A stretch of DNA of 64,000 nucleotides. Source: an uncultured Candidatus Saccharibacteria bacterium (lineage in GTDB: Bacteria; Patescibacteriota; Minisyncoccia; Phycocordibacterales; UBA9973). Shown one piece after another: positions 10,201 to 18,166 of the stretch. The position numbers were made by a program, and so were the translations under genes. Positions within the stretch are counted from its first letter, which is position 1; every line of letters starts with the position of its first letter. The stretch lies in assembly GCA_964532495.1 (NCBI GenBank), contig CAZHJZ010000004.1, positions 4,123-68,122 of the forward strand, written 5' to 3'. Below the pieces are notes generated by a model. It was not told where the DNA came from, did not search any database, and was given only the letters and a program-made list of their open reading frames with translations.

Positions 10201-11247
10201 TTACAGTGAGAAATTTTTTATGTTATAGAGATCGGGATCTTCCTCAGCTTCTTTGATCTCTTCTTTTGAGCGATCGTCGGACACATCGAGTCCTGCAGTT
10301 TCTGGATTTTCAACTGCCATTGCAGGTGCAGTCTCAGATGAGTCTACTGATGGTACCGGCTGGAATGTGCCATTTTGCTCTTCGAACCGAGCCATCATGT
10401 TTATTTTTGTGCCATCTTGTCCCTGGCTCGTTTCTACCAATGTAACAATGCTGCGCAAATCTTCATTTGAGAAAAAGTCGATAGTAACAGATCCGCCGAC
10501 ATCTCGCTTTTCAACATGGACTCGAGTTCCCAAAGTTTCCTGAAGCTTATGCTCGATCTCAAGAATTTCTGGATCTACCAAATATTCCTTTTTGCGAACT
10601 TTGTCAGTGGCAATGCGTCGTGAGATTCGCTCTGCTTCTCGGACGCTGATCTTCTTGTACATGATCTCCTTGAAAAGAACGAGCTGCTCTTCTGGACGAT
10701 CATTTAGCATCATGAGCGGACGAGTATGTCCTTCGCTGATCTTTCCTTCTGAAAGTGCGTTCAGCATCTCTTCAGGAAGCTGTAGGAGTCGCAATGTGTT
10801 CGCAACATATTCACGGCTCTTTCCTACCTTTTTCCCAATATCAGAATGAGAGAATTTAAATTCATCCACAAATCGGAGAAATGCTCGGGCTCGCTCAACT
10901 GCATTCAAATCTTCGCGCTGAAGGTTTTCGATAATGGCGAGTTCGAGTTTTGCCATCGCATTGTCGCCCGTTCGGATGATAACCGGCACCTGCGGAATAC
11001 CTGCGAGTTTGGAAGCGCGCAGTCGGCGCTCTCCGGCAATAAGTTCATATTCAGTAACAAGCCCGCCATCTTCCTTGATGCGCTCGACGCGAGAGACTGT
11101 GAGCGGCTGGAGCACGCCGTACTGTCGAATGGATTCAGAAAGGTCGCGAAGCGGCGCTTCGTCGAATTCTCGGCGAGGCTGGTAAGGGTTTGGGACAATT
11201 TTGTCGACATCGATGAAGAAAATCGAGTTTGAGTATAGTTCTGACAT
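10201..11247 (-). CDS. parB: ParB/Spo0J partition protein with C-terminal acidic extension
   Basis: ParB N-domain GERRLRA (LIAGERRLRASKLAGI) and an HTH region (SHSDIGKKVGKSREYV). Confidence 0.85.
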   Translation of the reverse strand: MSELYSNSIFFIDVDKIVPNPYQPRREFDEAPLRDLSESIRQYGVLQPLTVSRVERIKEDGGLVTEYELIAGERRLRASKLAGIPQVPVIIRTGDNAMAKLELAIIENLQREDLNAVERARAFLRFVDEFKFSHSDIGKKVGKSREYVANTLRLLQLPEEMLNALSEGKISEGHTRPLMMLNDRPEEQLVLFKEIMYKKISVREAERISRRIATDKVRKKEYLVDPEILEIEHKLQETLGTRVHVEKRDVGGSVTIDFFSNEDLRSIVTLVETSQGQDGTKINMMARFEEQNGTFQPVPSVDSSETAPAMAVENPETAGLDVSDDRSKEEIKEAEEDPDLYNIKNFSL

Positions 11248-11283
11248 GGGGCAATTGTAGCATACTTGGAATAAGGCAAATAG

Positions 11284-11312
11284 TTGAAATCTCTGGGGAT
11301 ATTAGGTAGAAT
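11284..11312 (+). promoter_or_regulatory. sigma70-like promoter for tRNA-Leu/miaA
   Basis: TTGAAA (11284-11289), a 17-nt spacer, then TAGAAT (11307-11312). This lies 12 nt upstream of the tRNA 5' end. Confidence 0.4.
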
Positions 11313-11323
11313 ACTCTCGACTT

Positions 11324-11405
11324 GCCCAGGTGGCGGAATTGGTAGACGCGCTCGACTCAAAATCGAGTATCGAAAGATGTGGGAGTTCGACTCTCCCCCC
11401 GGGCA
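11324..11405 (+). tRNA. tRNA-Leu(CAA), type II with long variable arm
   Basis: Cloverleaf with acceptor GCCCAGG/CCCGGGC, anticodon loop CTCAAAA and T-arm GGGAG-TTCGACT-CTCCC. No CCA is encoded. Confidence 0.85.
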
Positions 11406-11407
11406 CA

Positions 11408-12337
11408 ATGAAAAAACCAGAGACTACAGAAAAGCCGAGGCTTATTGTCGTTCTGGGTCAGACTTCGACGGGCAAGAGCGATTTTGCAGTATCTTTGGCA
11501 AAATCGCTCTTGAAAACTGGAACGAAAGCGGAAATCATTTCGGCCGATTCTCGGCAGGTATATAAAGGACTTGATCTTCTTTCTGGTAAAATTACTAAAA
11601 AAGAAATGAAAGGAATTCCTCACCATCTCCTTGATGTCGTTTCGGCAAAGAAAGTTTTTAGCGTTGCGGATTTTCAAAAAAAGGCCGCAAAAATAATTAC
11701 CGAAATTTCTAAGCGTGGAAATCTTCCAATTCTTGTCGGAGGAACTGGTTTTTATATTAATGCTGTAATTTCTGGCCAAGTGCTCCCCGAAGTTCCTCCA
11801 AATAAAGCACTTCGTGAAAAGTCTCAAAAAATGACACTCAAACTACTCTTTGAAAAATTAAAGCAACTCGACCCAGCTCGAGCAAAAACTATAGACACAA
11901 AAAATAAAGTCCGGCTTATCCGCGCAATCGAAATTGCTACTGCTCTAGGTAGTGTTCCAAAACTTTCTAAAACAGAATCACCGTATAATATTCAGATTAT
12001 TGGACTTATTGTTCCAGAAGCACAACTCAAGCAACGAATTCTTCTTCGCCTTTTAAAACGGATCAAACAAGGTATGCTCAAAGAAGCAGAAGCGCTCCAC
12101 AAATCTGGAATTTCCTGGAAACGCATGCACGGTCTCGGTCTCGAGGCCCGCTACAGTGCCCTATACTTGCAAAAGAAGATAGGAAAAGAAGAAATGCTAT
12201 CGGAACTCGAAAAGGCCATCTGGCAGTATGCAAAACGGCAAATGACGTGGTTTAAGCGAGATACAACCATTATCTGGATGAACTCATCAGAACCGAAGAA
12301 AGGATTAGAAAATTCTATACAGTTTCTAAAAAAATAA
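11408..12337 (+). CDS. miaA: tRNA dimethylallyltransferase
   Basis: P-loop VVLGQTSTGKSDFAV plus the MiaA core. The ATG lies 2 nt after the tRNA-Leu 3' end. Confidence 0.85.
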   Translation: MKKPETTEKPRLIVVLGQTSTGKSDFAVSLAKSLLKTGTKAEIISADSRQVYKGLDLLSGKITKKEMKGIPHHLLDVVSAKKVFSVADFQKKAAKIITEISKRGNLPILVGGTGFYINAVISGQVLPEVPPNKALREKSQKMTLKLLFEKLKQLDPARAKTIDTKNKVRLIRAIEIATALGSVPKLSKTESPYNIQIIGLIVPEAQLKQRILLRLLKRIKQGMLKEAEALHKSGISWKRMHGLGLEARYSALYLQKKIGKEEMLSELEKAIWQYAKRQMTWFKRDTTIIWMNSSEPKKGLENSIQFLKK

Positions 12338-12339
12338 AG

Positions 12340-12410
12340 CGAGCGATGGAAGAATCGAACTTCCGCCAAAGGTTTTGGAGACCTTCGTTCTGCCACTAAA
12401 CTAATCGCCC
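12340..12410 (-). tRNA. tRNA-Trp(CCA)
   Basis: The reverse strand reads GGGCGAT-TA-GTTT..GAAC-G-AAGGT-CTCCAAA-ACCTT-...-GGAAG-TTCGATT-CTTCC-ATCGCTC-G, with anticodon CCA. Confidence 0.8.
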
Positions 12411-12509
12411 GTATGCGGCTGGGGTGCTTTTTCAGCAACCCGCTTCCCTACGTAAAAAGCCAGCCAAGGCTGACTTCGTACGTAGTATAGCAAAGTGCCA
12501 AGCTAAAAT

Positions 12510-12674
12510 CTACTTTTTAACTTCTTTGAACATGACATGCTTTCGAACTTTCTTGTCATATTTTTTGAGTTCAAGCTTGCGAGGAACGCCAGTCTTGCTC
12601 TTTTTTGGGCGACTAGTATAAATCATAGTCTTTGTCGCCTTGTTCTGAATTTTTACCAAATTATCCTGTGACAT
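12510..12674 (-). CDS. rpmG: 50S ribosomal protein L33
   Basis: C-terminal RKLELKKYDKKVRKHVMFKEVK matches the L33 signature, at ~55 aa. tRNA-Trp lies downstream, matching the classic rpmG/tRNA-Trp neighbourhood. Confidence 0.65.
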   Translation of the reverse strand: MSQDNLVKIQNKATKTMIYTSRPKKSKTGVPRKLELKKYDKKVRKHVMFKEVKK

Positions 12675-12697
12675 ATAGGGAGATAGTACCAGAAAGT

Positions 12698-12730
12698 CAG
12701 AAAAATGCAAGATAGGCCGGTAGGCCTATC
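12698..12730 (-). terminator. rho-independent terminator of alr-ddl transcription unit
   Basis: gataggcc-ggta-ggcctatc, an 8-bp GC stem. On the minus strand it is followed by ttgcattttt. Confidence 0.55.
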
Positions 12731-12821
12731 TCCGCGCCCCGCGTGATACCCCTAAAATTCCTATACCAGGGGCGTGCTGCCACTAAGCGTAAGCACAACG
12801 GAAATCTTGTTTCTAAGGAAC

Positions 12822-13958
12822 TTATAGAGCCTTCTTGCTACTTATAAACCTAGTTACCGAAGGACTTATTCGGGTTACCAATTCATAATTGATCGTATCA
12901 GCCGCCTCAGCCAATTCCTCGGCTGAAATTATTTCCTGCTTATCTTTTCCGATAAGTGTGACTGTATCGCCAATTTTCACTCCTGGAATATCAGTGATAT
13001 CTATGACAGTCATGTTCATCATGACGCGCCCGAGAATACGGGCGCGCTTTCCTTTCACTAAGACTGAGGCCTTTCCTGAAGCACTGCGAGGATAGCCATC
13101 GGCATATCCAATCGGAAGCACGGCAACAACGGTATCTCGCTGTACTCGCGCCGTAAGATCGTAGCCAACATAACTTCCCGCCTGCAATTTCTTAACCTCA
13201 TTCACTACGGTTTTCCATTCCAATACTGGTTTCAATAGCATGCCCTTTGAAAGCGCTGCAGTTTCTTTGGATGGCCACAATCCATACAAGCCAATTCCAA
13301 ATCGCGCCATTCCTAAACCAAATTCTTTTGAAAGGAATACCCCGGCAGTAGCGCTGGCATGTACCAATGGGAATATTCCGATTTCTGAGAGAATTTTCTG
13401 CCATTCAAAAACAAACGCTACTTGCATTACTGTGTACGAATCATGGAGACGGCTTTCTGAGGCAGAAAAATGAGTAGCCAATCCCACCACTTCAATATTT
13501 TTATTTCCGGAAATAAGCGCAACAACGCGAGAACTGTCATCTAGCAAAAATCCATCCCTACCCAACCCTGTATCAGTCATCAAGTGAATGCGCAGCGGCT
13601 TCTTGAGTTTTGTTTTTTTAAGTTCTGTCAAAAGTTCAAATGTTGAGACGGCAACTTCCAAATCGTACTTCTGAGCAAGGGGAATTTCATCAGCAAAAAT
13701 ACTTCGAAGAATGAGTATCGGCGCTTTAATTTTAGCTTTTCGCAGAGCTACTCCTTCTTGAATATCAAAAACAGCAAGATAGTCTGCTCCGCCCGCGATG
13801 GCTGCTTGCGCAACAGGAATCATGCCATGCCCATATGCGTCTGCTTTTACTACTGCCAAAAACTTTGTCTTAGGCAGCAATTGTTTTTTGAGTGATGTTA
13901 CATTTGACTTCACTGCCAAAAGATCTATGGTTGCCCATGTTCGTTCGATATGTTTCAT
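12822..13958 (-). CDS. alr: alanine racemase
   Basis: PLP-lysine motif AVVKADAYGHG, with N-terminal barrel and C-terminal beta domain. Confidence 0.9.
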   Translation of the reverse strand: MKHIERTWATIDLLAVKSNVTSLKKQLLPKTKFLAVVKADAYGHGMIPVAQAAIAGGADYLAVFDIQEGVALRKAKIKAPILILRSIFADEIPLAQKYDLEVAVSTFELLTELKKTKLKKPLRIHLMTDTGLGRDGFLLDDSSRVVALISGNKNIEVVGLATHFSASESRLHDSYTVMQVAFVFEWQKILSEIGIFPLVHASATAGVFLSKEFGLGMARFGIGLYGLWPSKETAALSKGMLLKPVLEWKTVVNEVKKLQAGSYVGYDLTARVQRDTVVAVLPIGYADGYPRSASGKASVLVKGKRARILGRVMMNMTVIDITDIPGVKIGDTVTLIGKDKQEIISAEELAEAADTINYELVTRISPSVTRFISSKKAL

Positions 13959-13961
13959 TGC

Positions 13962-16331
13962 TTAATACTCTGAGCTACGAATGATAGTTTCTAGAAGGTC
14001 GATCGGATACATCTGAGTCGGCTCCGCAAGCGCTTGGTGATACAACACCGTAGATGGCGTTAACCCAGGAAGCGTGTTTACTTCGATTATTTTCACATTG
14101 CCAGTTTTTAATTCCAAGAATGCGTCGATACGGGCGTAGCCTTTTATGTTAATAGCGCCAGCAACATTTGCGATGCATTCGCGAGTCCATTCCAATTGCT
14201 TTGGCTTGATCAGCGACGCAGGCGGCGGCGTGATATTCACACCGGTACCTCCTTGGAATTTTTCTTCAACTGAAAGCACCGAACCCTCAGCAACGGTAAT
14301 GCTTGGGAACAGCGCTCTCGGCTTCTTCCCTCCTTCTTCCAAAACTCCAACAGTAACTTCTACCCAGCCGCTTTTCTTTGTATGTTTCAATTTGTTTCCA
14401 CGAACTCGTACAGAGTCCGTCGTAACGAATTCTTCCAAGATAAGTTCGTCGAGCTTTGATTGCGGCATCTCTACTGCTTCTAACTGATTGGTGAAAATTC
14501 CTTTTGGAATAGTAGGCGCAGCAGTTTTTGCATAAAGCACATATTTTTCAAGATCGTGAGCACTCATGAGGCGGACGATACCTGCCGAACATCCGTCAGC
14601 GCGAGGTTTGACTATCAAGCTATCGCTTCCTGCATCAGCGATGCATTTGTCCCAAACATCAGAATAGTTTGTTCTTTCATTCAGCTGCTGGATATTGAGT
14701 AGAAGGTGGTTAGCAACACTGACGCCTGGAATATGAAGATTTTTCAAAGTCTCATTGGTCTTCCATTTGTCCATGCACAAGATCGAAGTAGCGGCATCAG
14801 ATCCGTTGTATTTTACTTTACTCTTGGTGAGCATTGCTTGCAGCGTCCCATCTTCCCCAATGCCTCCGTGGAGGGCTAGGAAGACATATGGGCGGGTATG
14901 GATGAATTCTTTAAGAGAAGTACGCTCTGGCAAGAAAAATGGCTCTGTGGCGTCACCGTCTTCGAGAGACAGCTTGTACTTTACCTTTTCAGTAAGCGAG
15001 CCGATACGATCCATATCTTTGGATGCACGCTTGGCATTGGCAATGATTTCTTCAACGGTGTGGTTCAAAATAAGCGCATACGGCAATCGCCATACTTCGT
15101 TATTGAATCCAAGAAGATACGGTGTTGGCTCGTAGTTTTTGGACATGCGGAGCTTGAGCCAAACGTTTGTGCCGCTCATGAGCGATACTTGGCGTTCTGC
15201 AGTACTTCCCCCAAATAGAACAGCTACTGGCTTCCGATTAGTAATTTCCGATGTATTTTTTTCATATGGAATGCCATAGCGTCGGCAGGCGCTCTTTAAA
15301 ACATACGTCAAAAGATCTCGATGAGAAAATCCAATACGAGCCGACTGCTGGAAAAGGAAACTGTTCTGCTCCATTCCAGAAATAGGATTGAAGTCAGAGA
15401 ACCAAATATTTCCATCTGGCATAACCCAGCCATCGAAACGCGCGAAGTCGTGCATGCCAAGAATATTCCACAGCTGCTCAGCTTGGATCTGAATCTTTTC
15501 GATCACATCGTTTGGAAATCGTGGAGGACAATGATATGCCACTTGGCGAGACGGTAGATATTTTTTACGGAAGTCGAATATCTGATGTTCGCTGTAGTCC
15601 GCTTCGATCTCTGTCGGCAAAACTGCCACTCCCTGTCCAAATCTGTTTTCAAGAACGATGACAGTAAACTCGGTACCGATGGCAAATGGTTCGATCACTA
15701 CGCGAGTGTCCATGCGCTTCGAAAAAATATGTTCGGCACTTTGTAGAGCATTCTCAATCGTATCGACTGAAAACACGCCGATGCTTGATCCGCCAGTGGC
15801 GGGCTTTACGATAGCGCGAGTAATATTGTGTTTCTTGAAAAATGCTTTGACGAGCTGCTTGTGATCCTTTCCATAAATCTTGAGCACCAGCGACGGCAAT
15901 GTATAAAACCCATGCTCGGCGATCAATTCGTTCGCTTTGTGCTTATCGAATACTTTCTTGCAAGCGCTTTCCGGAGAACCGATGTGCGGAATATTATTTT
16001 TTTCCAAAAATGCCTGGATCACGCCATCTTCGCCAAATGTCCCGTGCATGACAGGAAAAGCGATATCTGTTGTCTTCAGCAATTTAATGAGCGCTTTCTC
16101 AGTAAGCGGCTTCCCTGTTTCTGCCAGCTTGAAATCAAAATCAGATGGAGTATTGCAATACAGCTGAGAGGGAGAAATATGAAATGCCTGACGCTTATGG
16201 TCAAAATAGATCGGCACAATTTCAATTCCTTCACCGCCAAGATGATCGAGCACTGATCGAGCCGAGTTAAGCGATATTCCGCGTTCGAGTGAAGGTCCGC
16301 CGCACAGTAATGATACTTTCATATTTTGCAA
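13962..16331 (-). CDS. ddl: tandem-fused D-alanine--D-alanine ligase (two complete Ddl/ATP-grasp modules, 789 aa)
   Basis: Module 1 has SLLCGGPSLERGISLNSARSV...VMHGTFGEDGVIQ...HIGS...KPATGGSSIGV...DFNPISGM. Module 2 has AVLFGGSTAERQVSLMSGT...ALHGGIGEDGTLQ...YNGSD...KPRADGCSAGIV...EVNTLPGLTPSTV. Confidence 0.85.
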   Translation of the reverse strand: MQNMKVSLLCGGPSLERGISLNSARSVLDHLGGEGIEIVPIYFDHKRQAFHISPSQLYCNTPSDFDFKLAETGKPLTEKALIKLLKTTDIAFPVMHGTFGEDGVIQAFLEKNNIPHIGSPESACKKVFDKHKANELIAEHGFYTLPSLVLKIYGKDHKQLVKAFFKKHNITRAIVKPATGGSSIGVFSVDTIENALQSAEHIFSKRMDTRVVIEPFAIGTEFTVIVLENRFGQGVAVLPTEIEADYSEHQIFDFRKKYLPSRQVAYHCPPRFPNDVIEKIQIQAEQLWNILGMHDFARFDGWVMPDGNIWFSDFNPISGMEQNSFLFQQSARIGFSHRDLLTYVLKSACRRYGIPYEKNTSEITNRKPVAVLFGGSTAERQVSLMSGTNVWLKLRMSKNYEPTPYLLGFNNEVWRLPYALILNHTVEEIIANAKRASKDMDRIGSLTEKVKYKLSLEDGDATEPFFLPERTSLKEFIHTRPYVFLALHGGIGEDGTLQAMLTKSKVKYNGSDAATSILCMDKWKTNETLKNLHIPGVSVANHLLLNIQQLNERTNYSDVWDKCIADAGSDSLIVKPRADGCSAGIVRLMSAHDLEKYVLYAKTAAPTIPKGIFTNQLEAVEMPQSKLDELILEEFVTTDSVRVRGNKLKHTKKSGWVEVTVGVLEEGGKKPRALFPSITVAEGSVLSVEEKFQGGTGVNITPPPASLIKPKQLEWTRECIANVAGAINIKGYARIDAFLELKTGNVKIIEVNTLPGLTPSTVLYHQALAEPTQMYPIDLLETIIRSSEY

Positions 16332-16513
16332 AAGTTAGTTTCTGAAAAACGTAATAAAATAAAGCTAAAAATCACTTAGTTCTACAGAAAGTATATAGAA
16401 AGATATTCTTTTTGCAAGCAATTTGTTTACTATTTATTTACATAAACTTTAGATTTATTTTAGGCTTAATGACCACACGATCGCCAAAAATATCTTATAT
16501 AACTGATACGGAC

Positions 16514-16541
16514 GTGACAAAAAAGCTTTTTTGGCTATAAT
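16514..16541 (+). promoter_or_regulatory. near-consensus sigma70 promoter for tRNA-Tyr
   Basis: GTGACA (16514-16519), a 16-nt spacer, then TATAAT (16536-16541). Confidence 0.5.
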
Positions 16542-16565
16542 AGTCGTATTGCATACATTGCATAT

Positions 16566-16648
16566 GCGTCGGTGGCAGAGTGGTCAATTGCATTTGACTG
16601 TAAATCAAACGCCTTCGGGCTACGGAGGTTCGAATCCTCCCCGGCGCA
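16566..16648 (+). tRNA. tRNA-Tyr(GTA), long variable arm
   Basis: Acceptor GCGTCGG/CCGGCGC, anticodon stem-loop TTTGA-CTGTAAA-TCAAA and T-arm GGAGG-TTCGAAT-CCTCC. Confidence 0.85.
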
Positions 16649-16660
16649 CAAAAAGAAAAA

Positions 16661-16695
16661 AACCAAGCACAAGTGCTTGGTTTTTTTCTTTTTGT
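16661..16695 (+). terminator. rho-independent terminator after tRNA-Tyr
   Basis: aaccaagcac-aagt-gcttggtt followed by ttttttcttttt. Confidence 0.6.
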
Positions 16696-16780
16696 GTATT
16701 GTAGTAAAGGACGTCAGGACCGAATTAGTCAAAAGTGAAGCCTTGGTTCTATATTCCCTTTAAGCAATTAATTCTTAGTG

Positions 16781-17518
16781 CTAATTCTCTCGACCTGCAG
16801 GATTATATATAGGGACAAACTCATTAAAATCATTAAGCATAAAATAGTAGTTATACGAAACAGAGCCTTCAGGATTTTTTCTGAGATAGAAAATGGGAGA
16901 ATATTCGTTTTCAATCATCAAAGTAGCAAGTTTCCCATTTGCAGCAATAATAAGCTCAGAATTTTCCAGAGCTTCTTGTATTGGGTAAAGAGAATAATTC
17001 TGGCTTGAAAACCTACTTTGCAGATCTTCAGTGAGGCGATTCTTTACGGACGTGTCGCCAGTAGCTTCACTATACGATTGAAGCTGCTCCCCGACGAGGT
17101 TTAGTATTTTTTGAGTATTTTTTTCGTTAAACGCATTCCAGAGCTCTGTATATTTTGCTGCCAATTTAGATTTTGTCTCAGGAGAATTAGTAATAGTTTT
17201 TCCTTTCAACCACGGTACGCCTTCTTTTGAATCAATACCGTAGTCTTCTTGTTTAATAAGGGACAAGTCACCCGTTGAAGTAGTTGAAGAATTTAGAGTC
17301 TCTGGAATATGCTCACTCTGTTGTGATGTTGAATTATCTATTTCCGAAACTAAGTTTTGATTTGGCATATACTTTAAATAGGCAAAAATACCTGTACCAA
17401 TTATTAATACAATAACGGTCAAAAATAGAGCTAATTTTGATTTTTGACCGCCGCTCGGCTGTGGGGGTGTAACTGAAATATGCTGTAATTGTTCAGGTTG
17501 GTTATTGACTGGGTCCAT
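16781..17518 (-). CDS. hypothetical membrane-anchored protein
   Basis: One N-terminal TM helix (LALFLTVIVLIIGTGIFAYL) and no recognisable domain. Confidence 0.35.
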   Translation of the reverse strand: MDPVNNQPEQLQHISVTPPQPSGGQKSKLALFLTVIVLIIGTGIFAYLKYMPNQNLVSEIDNSTSQQSEHIPETLNSSTTSTGDLSLIKQEDYGIDSKEGVPWLKGKTITNSPETKSKLAAKYTELWNAFNEKNTQKILNLVGEQLQSYSEATGDTSVKNRLTEDLQSRFSSQNYSLYPIQEALENSELIIAANGKLATLMIENEYSPIFYLRKNPEGSVSYNYYFMLNDFNEFVPIYNPAGREN

Positions 17519-17584
17519 ATAAATTAATTTTATTATAATTAAATTAGATTAATCGCATCATATCATTATCCAATGACAATAAGC

Positions 17585-18025
17585 TTACATCTTTAATAAT
17601 ATATTCCATCCCGTCAGTTCTTCGGCAAGAGTACGGCATGCTTTTTGCTCCTCCGAATCTTTTCTCGGGGCTCCGATAGATTTTACTGTCGCGGTATGAG
17701 AAGACTCATCAAGAACGATCTCATCAACAAATATAGGATCCAGTGCGCTTTCTATAAGCTGCTTTGGATCCTCGCTCCATATAAAGAGAGAAATTTTATC
17801 ACCACCAAGCTGGTCTTTTATTTCTTCTAATATAGAAAGATTTTCTGAAAGTACACCAAGAGCACTTGTATTTGTGTCTTTTGAAAAAACTGCAACTACG
17901 ACTCTTCCAAACCCTCGAGCGATTCCTCGGATTTCTATCGTACCGTCCCTAACGAGAGGGAATGCTTTGGAAAATATCTCATAAACCTCATTGTTTTTTT
18001 GAGTATCTTTGAACATAAAATACAT
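17585..18025 (-). CDS. NusA-like KH-domain fragment (S1-end + KH1 + KH2-like, degenerate GXXG)
   Basis: Aligns to the E. coli NusA stretch EVPEIGEEVIEIKAAAR...KIAVKTND...[21 protein letters not shown]...ASIVVDEDKH...RLASQLSGWEL. Here the matching sequence is IFSKAFPLVRDGTIEIRGIARGFGRVVVAVFSKD...GGDKISLFIWSEDPKQLIESAL...DEIVLDESSH...TLAEELTGWNI. The GxxG loops are replaced. Confidence 0.45.
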   Translation of the reverse strand: MYFMFKDTQKNNEVYEIFSKAFPLVRDGTIEIRGIARGFGRVVVAVFSKDTNTSALGVLSENLSILEEIKDQLGGDKISLFIWSEDPKQLIESALDPIFVDEIVLDESSHTATVKSIGAPRKDSEEQKACRTLAEELTGWNILLKM

Positions 18026-18095
18026 TTTATTATTACTAATATGGTGTAATTATAGGATAGTTAGGTTCCCTTGTAAAGCAAAGATATAATCAACT

Positions 18096-18144
18096 TTTTC
18101 GATCTAAAACACCTCTCATTTAGAGAAGTGTTTTAGATCGAAAA
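18096..18144. repeat. 22-bp inverted repeat (1 mismatch) with 5-nt loop
   Basis: ttttcgatctaaaacacctctc-attta-gagaagtgttttagatcgaaaa. Confidence 0.6.
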
Positions 18145-18166
18145 TCTATTTGCGCGCCGGGGAATT

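Noticed and set aside
10905-11408. 167-aa minus-strand ORF spanning the parB start and tRNA-Leu
   Set aside because: Antisense to a tRNA (contains the tell-tale tRNA-antisense peptide) and overlaps parB.
12731-12800. Possible SRP (4.5S) RNA in the alr 3' region
   Set aside because: No GGAA/GNRA tetraloop with a flanking AGCAG/GGAAG-type domain IV motif could be aligned. Left as an unassigned structured element.
18096-18144. Possible CRISPR repeat (GTTTTAGA...)
   Set aside because: Single copy, no spacer-repeat periodicity and no cas genes in the window. Treated as a palindromic hairpin.
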